The notes below the pieces were generated by a model. The model searched no databases. It had not been told where the DNA came from and worked only from the letters and a program-made list of their open reading frames with translations. Positions 39,960-51,518 of a stretch of DNA of 64,000 nucleotides are shown piece after piece; position 1 is the first letter of the stretch; the number at the start of each line of letters is the position of its first letter. Position numbers and translations under genes: made by a program. This stretch comes from Mobula hypostoma (taxonomy: Eukaryota): NCBI RefSeq assembly GCF_963921235.1, contig NC_086097.1:78680001-78744000 (forward strand). Direction: 5' to 3'.

Positions 39960-40797
39960 TTTGCTCAATAGAAGTGCTTTTGCAAACTCAATGGTTCTTC
40001 ACACAGCCATAGACCACCTGGACAATACAAACTCCTATGTCAGGATGCTGTTCATCGACTATAGCTCTGTATTTCCCACAATCTTGATTGTTAAGTTACA
40101 GAACCTGGACTCTGTACCTGCCTCTGCAGTGGAGTCCTCGGCTTCCTAAATGGAAGACCACAATCTGTGCAGATTGGTGATAACATCTCCTCCTTGCTGA
40201 CAATCAACAATGGTGCACCTCAGGGGTGTGTGCTTAGCCCACTGTTCTACTCTCTCTATACCCATGACTGTATGGCTAGGCATAGCTCAAATACCATCTA
40301 TAAAATCGCTGATGATACAACCATTGTTGGCAGAATCTCAGATGGTGACGAGAGGGCGTACAGGAGTGAGATGTCCCAAGTAGTGGAGTGGTGTCACAGC
40401 ACCAACCTGGCACTCAACTTCAGTAAAATGAGAGTTGATTGTGGACTTCAGGAAGGGTAAGATGAAGGAACATATACCAATCTTCATAGGAGGGATCAGA
40501 AATGGAGAGAGTGAGCAGTTTCAAGTTCCTGGGTGTCGAGATCTCTGAGGACCTAACAGGATCCCAACATATCAATGCAGCTATAAAGAAGGCAAGACAG
40601 TAACTATACTTCATTAGGAGTTTGAAGAAATTTGGTATGTCAACAAAAACACTCAAAAACTTCTATAGATGTACCATGGAGAGCATTCTGACAGGCTGCA
40701 TTGCTGTCTGGTATGGGTGGGGCTACTACACAGGACCGAAAGAAGCTGCAGAGGATTGTAAATTTAGTCAGCTCCATCTTGGGTACCAGCCTACAAA
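39960..40797 (+). mobile_element. Rex1/Babar LINE, 5' part of the copy split by the chromovirus
   Basis: [38 protein letters not shown]; resumes at 49573. Confidence 0.9.
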
Positions 40798-43117
40798 GTA
40801 CCTGTCACCAGGTTTGGATAAGACCCAAGTGCGGAGTGAGAAACACTGAAGTGGATCGATAGTTCACAAAACTTTAATGCGAACAGTGTTAAAGGGAAAA
40901 TAAAACAATAAAGGCTAGGCCAAAGAGGGCCATTAACTAAAACTCTGAAACGGGAAACGAAGCCCGCATTGCAGCTGAAAAGAACATCTAAACATTAAAC
41001 AAATACCGCTAGTCTTCAGAGTCGATTTCTCAGGCAAGGCCGATGTTAGCAAAAGCAAGTCACTGCTGTGCTCTGTCCATGTCTCGACAGGCACTACGAC
41101 AACAAGTATGGAGTTCAATACTATCACGATTAAATAATTACCTGACATGTGCAAATTCACAAGCGCAATTGCCGTATTTACTGTGCTGCCGAATCCGTGA
41201 TTGTGACAGGGCCCCCCTCTCTCTGCGCAGCCCCTGAGGCGCCACAGACCTGTGTCCGCTGGAAGTCCCAGATCAGCAACTTGTCCAAAATGTCCTTTGC
41301 TGGGATCCAAACACGTTCTTCTGGGCCATACCCCTCCCAGTCCACAAGGTACTGGACATTATCACGTACCCAGCGAGATGCCAGGAGGCGGCACACGGTA
41401 TAGACAAGGGAACCATCTACCAGGGGGGGAGGAGGGGGAGGTGGGGTGACTGGGGCCAGGGGAGAGGTAGTAATGGCTTGAGCTGGTAAACATGCAATAC
41501 TGGGTGGATTTTCATTTGATGCTGGTAGATGTTATCTATAGGACACCTTGTTGACAGCCTTTTCCACTACAAACGGTCCCACATAGCGCGATGCCAATTT
41601 CTGGTTCTCGACTTTCAGGGGAAGATCCCTAGATGCCAACCAGACCGCCTCTCCTGGCTTGAATGGCCTTACCTGTTGACAAGAGTCAGTCAGCCTGTTG
41701 GGAATGCTGTTTCTGGGCACGCAGCAGAGAAGCCCTGGCTCGACTCCATGTGCGCTTGTGGTGCTGGATCATCTGTTCGGCTGCAGGAACTCCTACGTCA
41801 ATCTCCTGATCGGGGAGGAGCGGGGACTGGAATCCCTTCTGACATTCAAAGGGAGACATACCGGTGGAGGACGACTGGAGGTTATTGTGAGCGATCTCTG
41901 CCCAAACCAATTGGGAGCTCCAGAACGTGGAGTTGGAAGAAGCAAGACAGTGCAGGGTTGTATCCAACTCCTGGTTCACTCTCTCAGTCTGGCCATCAGA
42001 TTGGGAATGGAAGCCAGACGAGAGGCTGGCCGTGGCTTCTACAAGAGAGCAGAAAGCCTTCCAAAAGTGGGAGTGAACTGTGGTCCACGATCAGACACTA
42101 TGTCTTGAGGAAAACCATGGAGCCTGAACACATGTTGAACCATGAGTGTGACAGTCTCACGAGCTGATAGGAGCTTGGAGAGGGCAATGAATTGGGCAGC
42201 CTTGGAAAATAGATCCATATCGACCAAAATGGTGGTGTTTCCATTAGATGGGAGCAGACCAGTAATGAAATCTACTGAGAGGTGGGACCAGGGGCGGAGG
42301 GGCACAGGCAGTGGACATAACAGACCCGCAGGACGCTGGAGTGATGTCTTGTTCTGAGCGCAGGTGGGACAGGCAGATACAAAGTCGTGGACATCCTGGG
42401 ACATAGGCCACCAAAATTGTCTCTTTATAAACTCTTGAGTCTGTTGATTTCCTGGATGTCCAGCTAGACGGGAGGAGTGACCCCATTCCAACACTTTGGA
42501 ACGCACCACAACAGGGACAAACAGCCGATTGGGAGGTCCCCCATCCAGGCCTGGATCTGATTGTTGGGCAGCCCTCACCTCTGCCTCTATTCCCCAGTTC
42601 ACCGGAGCAGCTACACACAAGCAAGGAAGATTGGGCTCTGGATCGGCATTGTCCTCAGATCTGTCGAACTGCTGGGAGAGAGCGGTGGCCTTTGTATTCT
42701 TGCTGCCGGGACGATAAGTGAGGACGAAATTGAACCATGTGAAGAAGAGAGCCCACCGGGCTTGACGAGAGTTGAGTCTCTTAGCATCCTGAATATAGGA
42801 GACGTTCTTGCAATCTGTCCAGACCAAGAATGAATGCTTTGCCCCCTCCAGCCAGAGTGGCCATTCCTCCAGGGCCTCCTTGACAGCCAGAAGCTCCCGG
42901 TTCCCAACGTCGTAATTCCTCTCAGCTGGAGTCAAGCAATAGGAAAGAAAGGCACAAGGATGCAGCCGGCTATCCGCAGACGAGCACTGAGAGAGGACTG
43001 CTCCAATGCCCACTTTGGATGCATCCACCTCGACAATGAATGACTGAGATGTGTCTGGGTGTTGCAACAGCGGGGCAGTGGTGAAACATTGCTTTAGCTG
43101 TGAAAATCCTTTGTCGG

Positions 43118-43242
43118 CATAGTCATAGTCATAGTCATACTTTATCGATCCTGGGGGAAATTGGTTTTCGTTACAGTTGCACCATAAATAATTAAGTAGT
43201 AATAAAACCATAAATAATTAAATAGTAATATGTAAATTATGC
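43118..43242 (-). mobile_element. Short LINE 3' tail copy with (ACTATG)n
   Basis: Nearly identical to 44728-44856; directly abuts the Gypsy RT/RNase H coding sequence. Confidence 0.9.
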
Positions 43243-44727
43243 ATTGGACTGCTGCTGCTAAGTTAACAAATTTCACGACACATGCCAGTGATGATAAACT
43301 TGATTCTGGTTCTGACTCGGATTCGGATTTGTGGGCACAGCTCGACACATCTTGGATATCGGCCTTCCTTCCATGACGTCTGTCTACCCTTCTCACTTCC
43401 TTGATAAAATAGTCAATATAATTCAAGATCTCAGTTCCCTGGACATTCTCTTTTCTCCCCCATCCAACTGGGCAGAAGATACAAAAGACTGAAGCACATA
43501 TCACCAGCCTGAGGACAGCTTCTATTCCACTGTCATAAAACTATTGAACACCCCACTAGTACGATAAGAATGGACTCTTTACTTGCAATAAATAAATGAT
43601 CCATACAGTCCCAGGTCTCTTCTTCATATTTTCCCCCTGGCTCTGCAACTTATTATCTCTTGCATGCTCATCAATTCCCATGTGCTCTTTACCTACATTA
43701 AGTAGTCCATTACCAGCATGTCTTTGGAATGTGCACAGAAACCTTAGTAGTCACAGGAGAATTTCATATTCCGCACAGATAGTACTTGAGGTCAGATTTG
43801 AATCCAGACCTGAAGATGTAGGTTTGCAGCACTGATTGCTCTGCCATCAAGAAATATTCTTTGATTTTTTTAATCAATTGGTGCTGTTTTCCAATTGTAA
43901 TTGTTCCCTTTAGACTGATACATTTTTCAGCAATATCTAATTCCATTTTGAAAATTAATGGAAAATCTAATTCAGCCGTGTTTCTGGGTCATGCATTTTA
44001 GGTCATAGTAACTCTGCTCTGATTCTTCAGAAAGCTACCTTAAATCTGCATCTACTAATCTACTCACCTGCGGAAAATGCCTCAAGGTAATCCTTTGAAG
44101 CCATAACTCACAGTCAGTGGCAGCACCAGATATTTTTTCTTGCTGGTGCTACAGTGGGGCTGAATTATTCAGTGATGGTGCTGAGAGATGTACCCTATGG
44201 TAATATGTATTCGCAAGGCCAGACGCGTGACGTTCAAAAGTCCGTTTCAAGCATTATGTGCCTACTATAAATGCCTCTGTTGATTCACAAGCAACAGCAA
44301 TTGATAAATATAATATAGAAGTAAACTGTGACAGTGTCAACAGCTTCAGAGACAATCTGGGCTACACAGAGCACAAACAAACCAACAGAGCGTCCGACCC
44401 ACAGCGCACAACGTGAATCACGCACCAATCCCACAATCAGCATCAAATGCATGCTTTTCAACTGAAAAGCACAACACTAACCCACAATGTCCACTGCTAT
44501 TCGCATTACATAGACAGACAATGCCAAAAGATACACTGTTATTAAAGTCAAATAAGGCAAACAACAGATGCAAGGCTCTACCAGGAGTTGGACAAATCGT
44601 ACTCTGACCATGCAATACCTCAATGAATTCAGCTATTGAATTTAAAACGAAAATCAACAGAATCACCGCTTGGAAGTCCAAGCAAAACCAGTAGGCTTAA
44701 TAGCAGTAAATGTAATAGTTTAGGATT

Positions 44728-46143
44728 TAGTCATAGTCATTGTCATAGTCATACTTTATTGATCACAGGGGAAATTGGTTTTCGTTACAGTTGCACCATA
44801 AATAATTAAGTAGTAATAAAGCCATAAATAATTAAATAGTAATATGTAAATTATGCCAGGAAATAAGTCCAGGACCAGCCTATTGGCTCAGGGTGTCTGA
44901 CCCTCCAAGGGAGGAGTTGTAAAGTTTGATGGCCACAGGCAGGAATGACTTCCTATGACGCTCTGTGTTATATCTCGGTGCAATGAGTCTCCAGCTGAAT
45001 GTACTCCTGTGCCCAACCAGTCCATTATGTAGTGGATGGGAGACATTGTCCGAGATGGCATGTAACTTGGACAGCATCCTCTTTTCAGACACCACCGTCA
45101 GAGAGTCCAGTTCCATCCCCACAACATCACTGACCTTACGAATGAGTTTGTTGATTCTGTTGGTGTCTGCTACCCTCAGCCTGCTGCCCCAGCACACAAC
45201 AGCAAACATGATTGCACGGGCCACCACAGACTCATAGAACATCCTCAGCATCGTCCGGCAGATGTTAAAGGACCTCAGTCTCCTCGGGAAATAGAGACGG
45301 CTCTGATCCTTCTTGTAGACAGCCTCAGTGTTCTTTGACCAGTCCAGTTTATTGTCAATTCATATCCCCAGGTATTTGTAATCCTCCACCATGTCCACAC
45401 TGACCCCCTGGATGGAAACAGGGGTCACCGGTACCTTAGATCTCCTCAGGTCTACCACCAGCTCCTTAGTCTTTTTCACATTAAGCTGCAGATAATTCTG
45501 CTCACACCAAGTGACAAAGTTTCCTACCGTAGCTCTGTACTCAGCCTCATCTCCCCTGCTGATGCATCCAACTATGGCAGAGTCATCAGAAAACTTCTGA
45601 AGATGACAAGACTCTGTGCAGTAGTTGAAGTCCGAGGTGTAAATGGTGAAGAGAAAGGGAGACAAGACAGTCCCCTGTGGAGCCCCAGTGCTGCTGATCA
45701 CTCTGTCAGACACACAGTGTTGCAAGCACACGTACTGTGGTCTGCCAGTCAGGTAATCAAGAATCCATGATACCAGGGAAGCATCCACCTGCATCGCTGT
45801 CAGCTTCTCCCCCAGCAGTGCAGGGCGGATGGTGTTGAACGCACTGGGAAGTCAAAAAACATGACCCTCACAGTGCTCGCTGGCTTGTCCAGGTGGGCGT
45901 AGACACGGATCAGCAGGTAGGCGATGGCATCCTCAACTCCTAGTCGGGGCTGGTAGGTGATCTTGAGGGGATCTAAGTGTGGCCTGACCATAGGCCGGAG
46001 CAGCTCCAGAACAAGTCTCTCCAGGGTCTTCATGATGTGGGAGATCAATGCCACCGGTCTGTAGTCATTGAGGCCGCTGGGGCACGGCATCTTCGGCACA
46101 GGGACGAGGCAGGATGTCTTCCATAGCACAGGAACCCTCCGGG
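44728..46143 (-). mobile_element. Young Rex1/Babar-type LINE, 5'-truncated
   Basis: NDYRPVALISHIMKTLERLVL, GAPQGTVLSPFLFTIYTSD, QKFSDDS, LNVKKTKELVVD, SFLPVAIKLYN; (ACTATG)n tail. Confidence 0.93.
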
Positions 46144-46337
46144 TTCGTCTGTCCAATGGAATCCTGCCGATGTCTTCTTGGTGAGTGCATTAATAGGAAC
46201 CACGATAGAGCCGAAATGGCAATAAAAGTTTGCAAGCCCCATGAAGCGCCGTACCTGTTTGACTGCAGACAGTTTGGGCCACTCTGCAACTGCCTGACCT
46301 TTACTGCGGTCCATTTGAACACTGGATGAGGTACGTA

Positions 46338-46780
46338 CAGTTGAAATCAGAAGTTTACATACACCTGAGCCAAATACATTTAAACTCAGTTTTTCACAAT
46401 TCCTGACATTTAATCTTAGAAAACATTCCCTGTCTTAGGTCAGTTAGGATCACTACTTTATTTTAAGAATGTGAAATGTCAGAATAATAGTAGAGAGAAT
46501 GATTTATTTCAGCTTTTATTTCTTTCATCACTTTCCCAGTGGGTCAGAAGTTTACATACACTTTGTTAGTATTTGGTAGCATTGCCTTTAAATTTTAACT
46601 TGTGTCAAACGTTTTGGATAGCCTTCAAAAAGCTTCTCACAGTAAGTTGCTGGAATTTTGTTCCATTCCTCCAGACAGAACTGGTGTAACTGAGTCAGAT
46701 CTGTAGGCCTCCTTCCTTGCACACGCTTTTTCAGTTCTATCCACAAAACAAAGGTGTATGTAAACTTCTGATTTCAACTG
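46338..46780 (-). mobile_element. Internally deleted Tc1/mariner IR-DR transposon, Sleeping Beauty-like
   Basis: TA TSDs (46336-7, 46781-2); 29-bp perfect terminal inverted repeat CAGTTGAAATCAGAAGTTTACATACACCT; inner DR CCCAGTGGGTCAGAAGTTTACATACACT near 46535; transposase C-terminus [32 protein letters not shown]...FKGNATKY* (46566-46746). Confidence 0.95.
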
Positions 46781-49572
46781 TAATAAACCCAAAAATGACA
46801 CCTGGTCTTTATGGAATTCACATTTTTCAGGCTTGGCGTACAGGTTGTTTTCAAGAAGGAGTCTGAGTACTCTCCGGACATGCTGGACGTGCTCCTGATG
46901 AAACCGGGAATAGATGGGGATGTCATCTGAATACACAAACTGGTTCAACATGTCCCTGAGCACATCGTTAACCAAAGCCTGGAATACAGCGAGGGCATTG
47001 GCCAGACCAAAAGGCATCACCAGGTATTCATTAGATGTGTTGAAAGCCTTTTTCCACTTATCCCCTTCTCTTATGAGAATCAGATTGTAAACATTGCGCA
47101 GATCAATTTTGGAAAATATGGTTGCTCCCTGGAGATGTTCAAACGCAGACGCCAGCAAGGGAAGAGGGTAGTGGTTCTTCACAGTGATGTTGTCTAGGGG
47201 CCGATAATCGATGCAGGGATGGAGCTTGCCATCTTTCTTGTTCACAAAAAAAGAAGCCCACTCTTGCCGGTGAGGTTGACGGAGGGATAATCCCCATGCT
47301 CAATGCCTCCTTAATGTATTCCACCATGGCCACCGTTTCAGGACAAGAGAGGGAAAAGAGCCGGCCCCAGGGAGGACTATGACACAGTCGTACGGCTGGT
47401 ATGGGGGCACGGTGGTGGCCTTTCTTTTATTGAAAACCTCAATGAGATCTGAATATTCACTGGAACCCAGACTGGTCCACATCCCTTAGCTGGCACAGGA
47501 GAGGATTCATGGAACGGAGCTTGAGCTGGACCCAGACAGGTAGACAGGCATGCCAGTCCCCACTCTTGGAGTACCTTCAGAGACCAATCAATCCATGGGT
47601 TATGTCGGGATAACCAGGGGAGACCAAGTACCAGTGGCAGTTCAGGTGAATTAACCAGATAGAAAGACATTTCTTTATGATGGTTGCCTTCGAGCACCAG
47701 TTGGAGAGTTTGGGTGGAAAGGTGGATCTGGCCAGTTCCCAGAGGTTGACTGTCCAGTGCCTTGATGTTGATCTTTTCTCTTAATTCCTGAGTTGGAACT
47801 CCCATCTTTGAGCGAGAGAGATGTCCATGAGATTCCTGGCTGCACCAGAGTCGATAAGCGCCTTAAGTTCATGGGTCTGAGACCTCCACGACAAGGAACT
47901 GCAAGCATTACAGAATTAGGGAAAGCTGACTGAAGAGAGAACCGACCCTTCAGGATTACCCTCCTTGCTGACAGGCATTCTTTTTCACCGAACACTTGGA
48001 ACATGCCGCTCAGAAGTGTCCTGGATCACCACAATAGAGACAGGAACCTGTTCTCCGGCGCCGCTCTCGTTCCTCCTGAGACAGGTGCATGCACCCCACT
48101 TGCACAGGCTCCTCAGTGTCCGTGGGCTGGGTGGTGAGGGAGGGGAAGAGGGGAGGAAAGACGATAATCAGGTGGGGTGTAGGAAGTTTGAAACATTCTT
48201 TCCCTGTGCCACTCAGTCACCCGGTCGTCAGCTCAAATAGCAAGATTAATCAGGTCATCCAGACTATTCTGCTCATCCCAGATGGCGATCTCATGCTGGA
48301 CCCCTGCCTTCAGTCCAACCCATCTCCACTGCAAGGGTACGGAATTTAACTGCATAGGCTCTCACCGTTCCTCTGCCTTGGTGCAGGTCCAAGAGTCGGT
48401 GGGCAACCTCCTGACCCCATACTGGAAGATCTAAAACCCTCCCTTAACTCCACCACGAAATATCGAAACGACTGGGCTGCGGGGTATCCTTGCTCCCATA
48501 AAGCGTTGAACAGGCTGAGTGGAGGTCCATCAAGAAAATTGACCATGTACACCAGTTTTATAATCCACATCAAAATAACCAGGCTGGGCTTGGAATGTCA
48601 GCTCGCATTGGATAATAAAATTCTTGCAGCCATCAGGATCACCAGAATATCTGCCTGGTGGTGGAATACTCAGTTCTTGTATGGACACGGGTGTCTGTGG
48701 GGGTCCAAATGTGGGAGTCAGCTCTGGTCCAGGCGCGAGAGCCAGTTTTGATCCAGGAGTGGGAGCATTAGTAGCAGAGATTGTAGGGCAGCAGAAAAGG
48801 AGGACCTGCGAGATGCTGGGAGTGGGACTGAGGCGGCCTGAGTCTGCTGAATTGTGTTGGTGAGAACGTTAATGGCTGTTAACTGATGCTGGCTGTTCAC
48901 AGTAAGTTCGTGGACGGCAGCCGTGAGTGCAGAAATTGCAGACACCTGAGTCTGGTTGTCTGCTGTGAGCTGTTGAACAGTTGCAGCTAGGGACGACACC
49001 TGTTCCTCCAAGTGAGACTGGGCTTTTTGGCACGAGATTATCTACCTCATTACCTCCATAACATCACTGAGAATAGATTCCATTGCCTGTAGCCTGTACC
49101 CTACCTGACCAATGAGTCTCACAGCCAAGGTCAGCTGCTCTTGCTCTGCTGGGTTCATCTTTGTGCGTTTGAGACTTGCTGCCACAAGGTTTGGACATGG
49201 CCCAAGTGCGGAGTGACAGACACTGAAGCAAGTCGATAGTTCACAAAGCTTTAATGCGAACAGTGTTAAAGGGAAAATAAAACAACAAATGCTAGGCCGA
49301 ACAGGGCCATTAACTAAAACCCTCAGACAGGAAATGAAGCCTACACTGTGGCTGATATGAACATCTAATTATTAAACAAATACCACTAGTCTTCAGAGTC
49401 AATACAAATAACAGCGTAGCGTTGCTGTGCTCTGTCCAAGTCTCAACAGGCACTACAATGACAAGTATGGAGTTAAATGCTATCACGATTAAATAATTAG
49501 CTGACATGTGCAAATTCACAAGCGCAATTGACGTATCTACTGTGCTGCCAGATCTGTGGTTGTGACAGTACT

Positions 49573-49968
49573 CAGGACATCTTCAAGGAGCGGTGTCTCA
49601 GAAAGGTAGTGTCCATTATTAAGGGCCCCCAGCACCCAGGGCATGCCCTTTTCTCACTGTTACCATCAGGTGGGAGGTACAAAAGCCTGAAAGCACACAC
49701 TCAGTGATTCAGGAACAGCTTCTTCCCCTCTGCCATCCAATTCCTAAATGGACATTGAACCCGTGAACACTACCTCACTTTTTTTATATAAATTATTTCT
49801 GTTTTTGCACAATTTTTAATCTATACAATATACATATACTGTAATTGATTTACTTATTTATTTATTTTTTTCTATATTATGTATTGGATTGAACTGCTGC
49901 TGCTACATTAACAAATTTCATGACATATGCTGCTGATAATGGACCGGATTCTGATTCTGATTCTGATT
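49573..49968 (+). mobile_element. 3' remainder of the Rex1/Babar host LINE
   Basis: Continues ctacaaagtac|caggacatcttc across the Gypsy insertion; (GATTCT)n tail. Confidence 0.9.
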
Positions 49969-51342
49969 TTTTTAAAGTGCACGGGTGAACTTCTTCATCT
50001 TAAGTCTTCCTATGAGTGTAATTTTGTTTTAGTGTATGCATTGCCTTTACAAAGAACCAGGCAGCAACAGGTTCAGGATCAATCCACATCAGCTGCTTTT
50101 CCAAATGGGATGATTTTATTCCAATGAAAATACTAAGTATCAAATACAATAATTGATATTGCAGCAACATTAGCTTTATAGATTGCATGCTTTGGTGTCA
50201 GTTTCATCTCATTGATAAGATTTTCCTCATAGACGGCATAACTTATTGTGATTTTTCAGCCCACTGTGTACAGTCTAAGGTCCATAAAGTTTACTTTGGA
50301 GCAAAACTCAAAACTGAGTCACCTCGTACTTGTTTACAAACACTATGCTATTTGGAAGAAATTGGAGTTGTTCATATGGCCTGATTAACAAACAACTCTT
50401 ATTTACCATCATTAACCATAAATGGATTGGCTTGTTTCCCATTTATTATTTTCTATTCTGTTTGGACTGCTAGGCATACAGCCTCCACTTTCTTGTACTT
50501 AACAAAAATGACTTTGCTTTGAAGGCTATATATAAGACTGGAAATCTCCCTGTTTACCTCCAGCATAGAATTTCAAACAGTGCTTGTACTTCATCATGAC
50601 AGAGCTTAAGAAACAAAAGTGTATATATATAAATGATCCATTCCATCACCACAAAATATACAAAGGGAAAAGAACCATAAAACACTCATTTAAAACAACA
50701 AATATTTTAGGGTAATGTAATTGGCAGAAACATTCATAATTCACAGCTACCAACATTGTGTTGGGGTTCACCTTAAGAGGCTGGTCTGATGTGATGACAT
50801 AATTACGTAAAGTACTTTTACCGTACATTGTTTTCAATGTTTTGGAGTACAATGAATGAGTTGCTAGGATTTTTCTGAAACATAAAGTGCTTCAGCCAAT
50901 TTTATCTGTGAAAACCTACAATATCAAATATATCCAAAGAAGCTTCTTCATTCAAAAATTGATAAATATTTGAATCAAACTGGTAGGTCAGATAATAAAA
51001 CAAAATTGTAAATTCTTACTAGAGAGCTAGAGCTATTTTATATTCTGCCTATCTATGCTCTCATAAAGAATGACAACAACTAGTTATGGGGTGGTTGTGA
51101 GCAACGTGTATGCAGGTCCTACCCAAGGAAGTTGAATCTATAGCACAGAAAAAGGACATGCAGTCCGACTGATTAATATTGAAGCTTCTATATCACCTAC
51201 CCATTATCAGCTTATGCCATTTTTATGGCACGAAAATTAAAGTTGCTGACATAAAGCATCTACCTAGGATCCACACATCCCTTATTCCGACCCCACCTCC
51301 ATCCTCACCATGACCCCATATGTAAAGGTATCTTGCAATCAT

Positions 51343-51518
51343 ACATTCAAGAGGGGTTAGCAACTGGCCAAAATGAAAAGATAATGACTAGTATTCATTT
51401 TTTAGATCATGGAACAAGAACCTATTCAACCAAACTATGATTATTTTAATGGCAGCTAATCATACAAATGGTAAACATAATCACAACCAACTCAAATACA
51501 GCATTATCAATTCGTAAT
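51343..51518 (-). repeat. Inverted duplicate, right arm (partner 36162-36341)
   Basis: Direct sequence comparison by eye. Confidence 0.92.

Larger units (their letters stand above)
40803..49567 (-). mobile_element. Full-length decayed chromovirus (Tf1/sushi-group Ty3/Gypsy) with nested insertions
   Basis: LTRs 49180-49567 and 40803-41208; TSD GTACC/GTACT; PPT next to 41209; gag ATG 49158; [11 protein letters not shown] knuckle ~48002-48043; protease ALIDSGA ~47850; RT ([19 protein letters not shown]); RNase H ([16 protein letters not shown]); integrase (GHPG..CPTC, SDRGPQF); chromodomain [18 protein letters not shown]. Confidence 0.95.

Noticed and set aside
41529..42167. 212-aa plus-strand ORF
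   Set aside because: Antisense shadow of the Gypsy integrase.
43118..43211. Apparent N-terminal extension (KYDYDYDY) on the RNase H-integrase ORF
   Set aside because: Chance in-frame read-through of the inserted LINE microsatellite tail.
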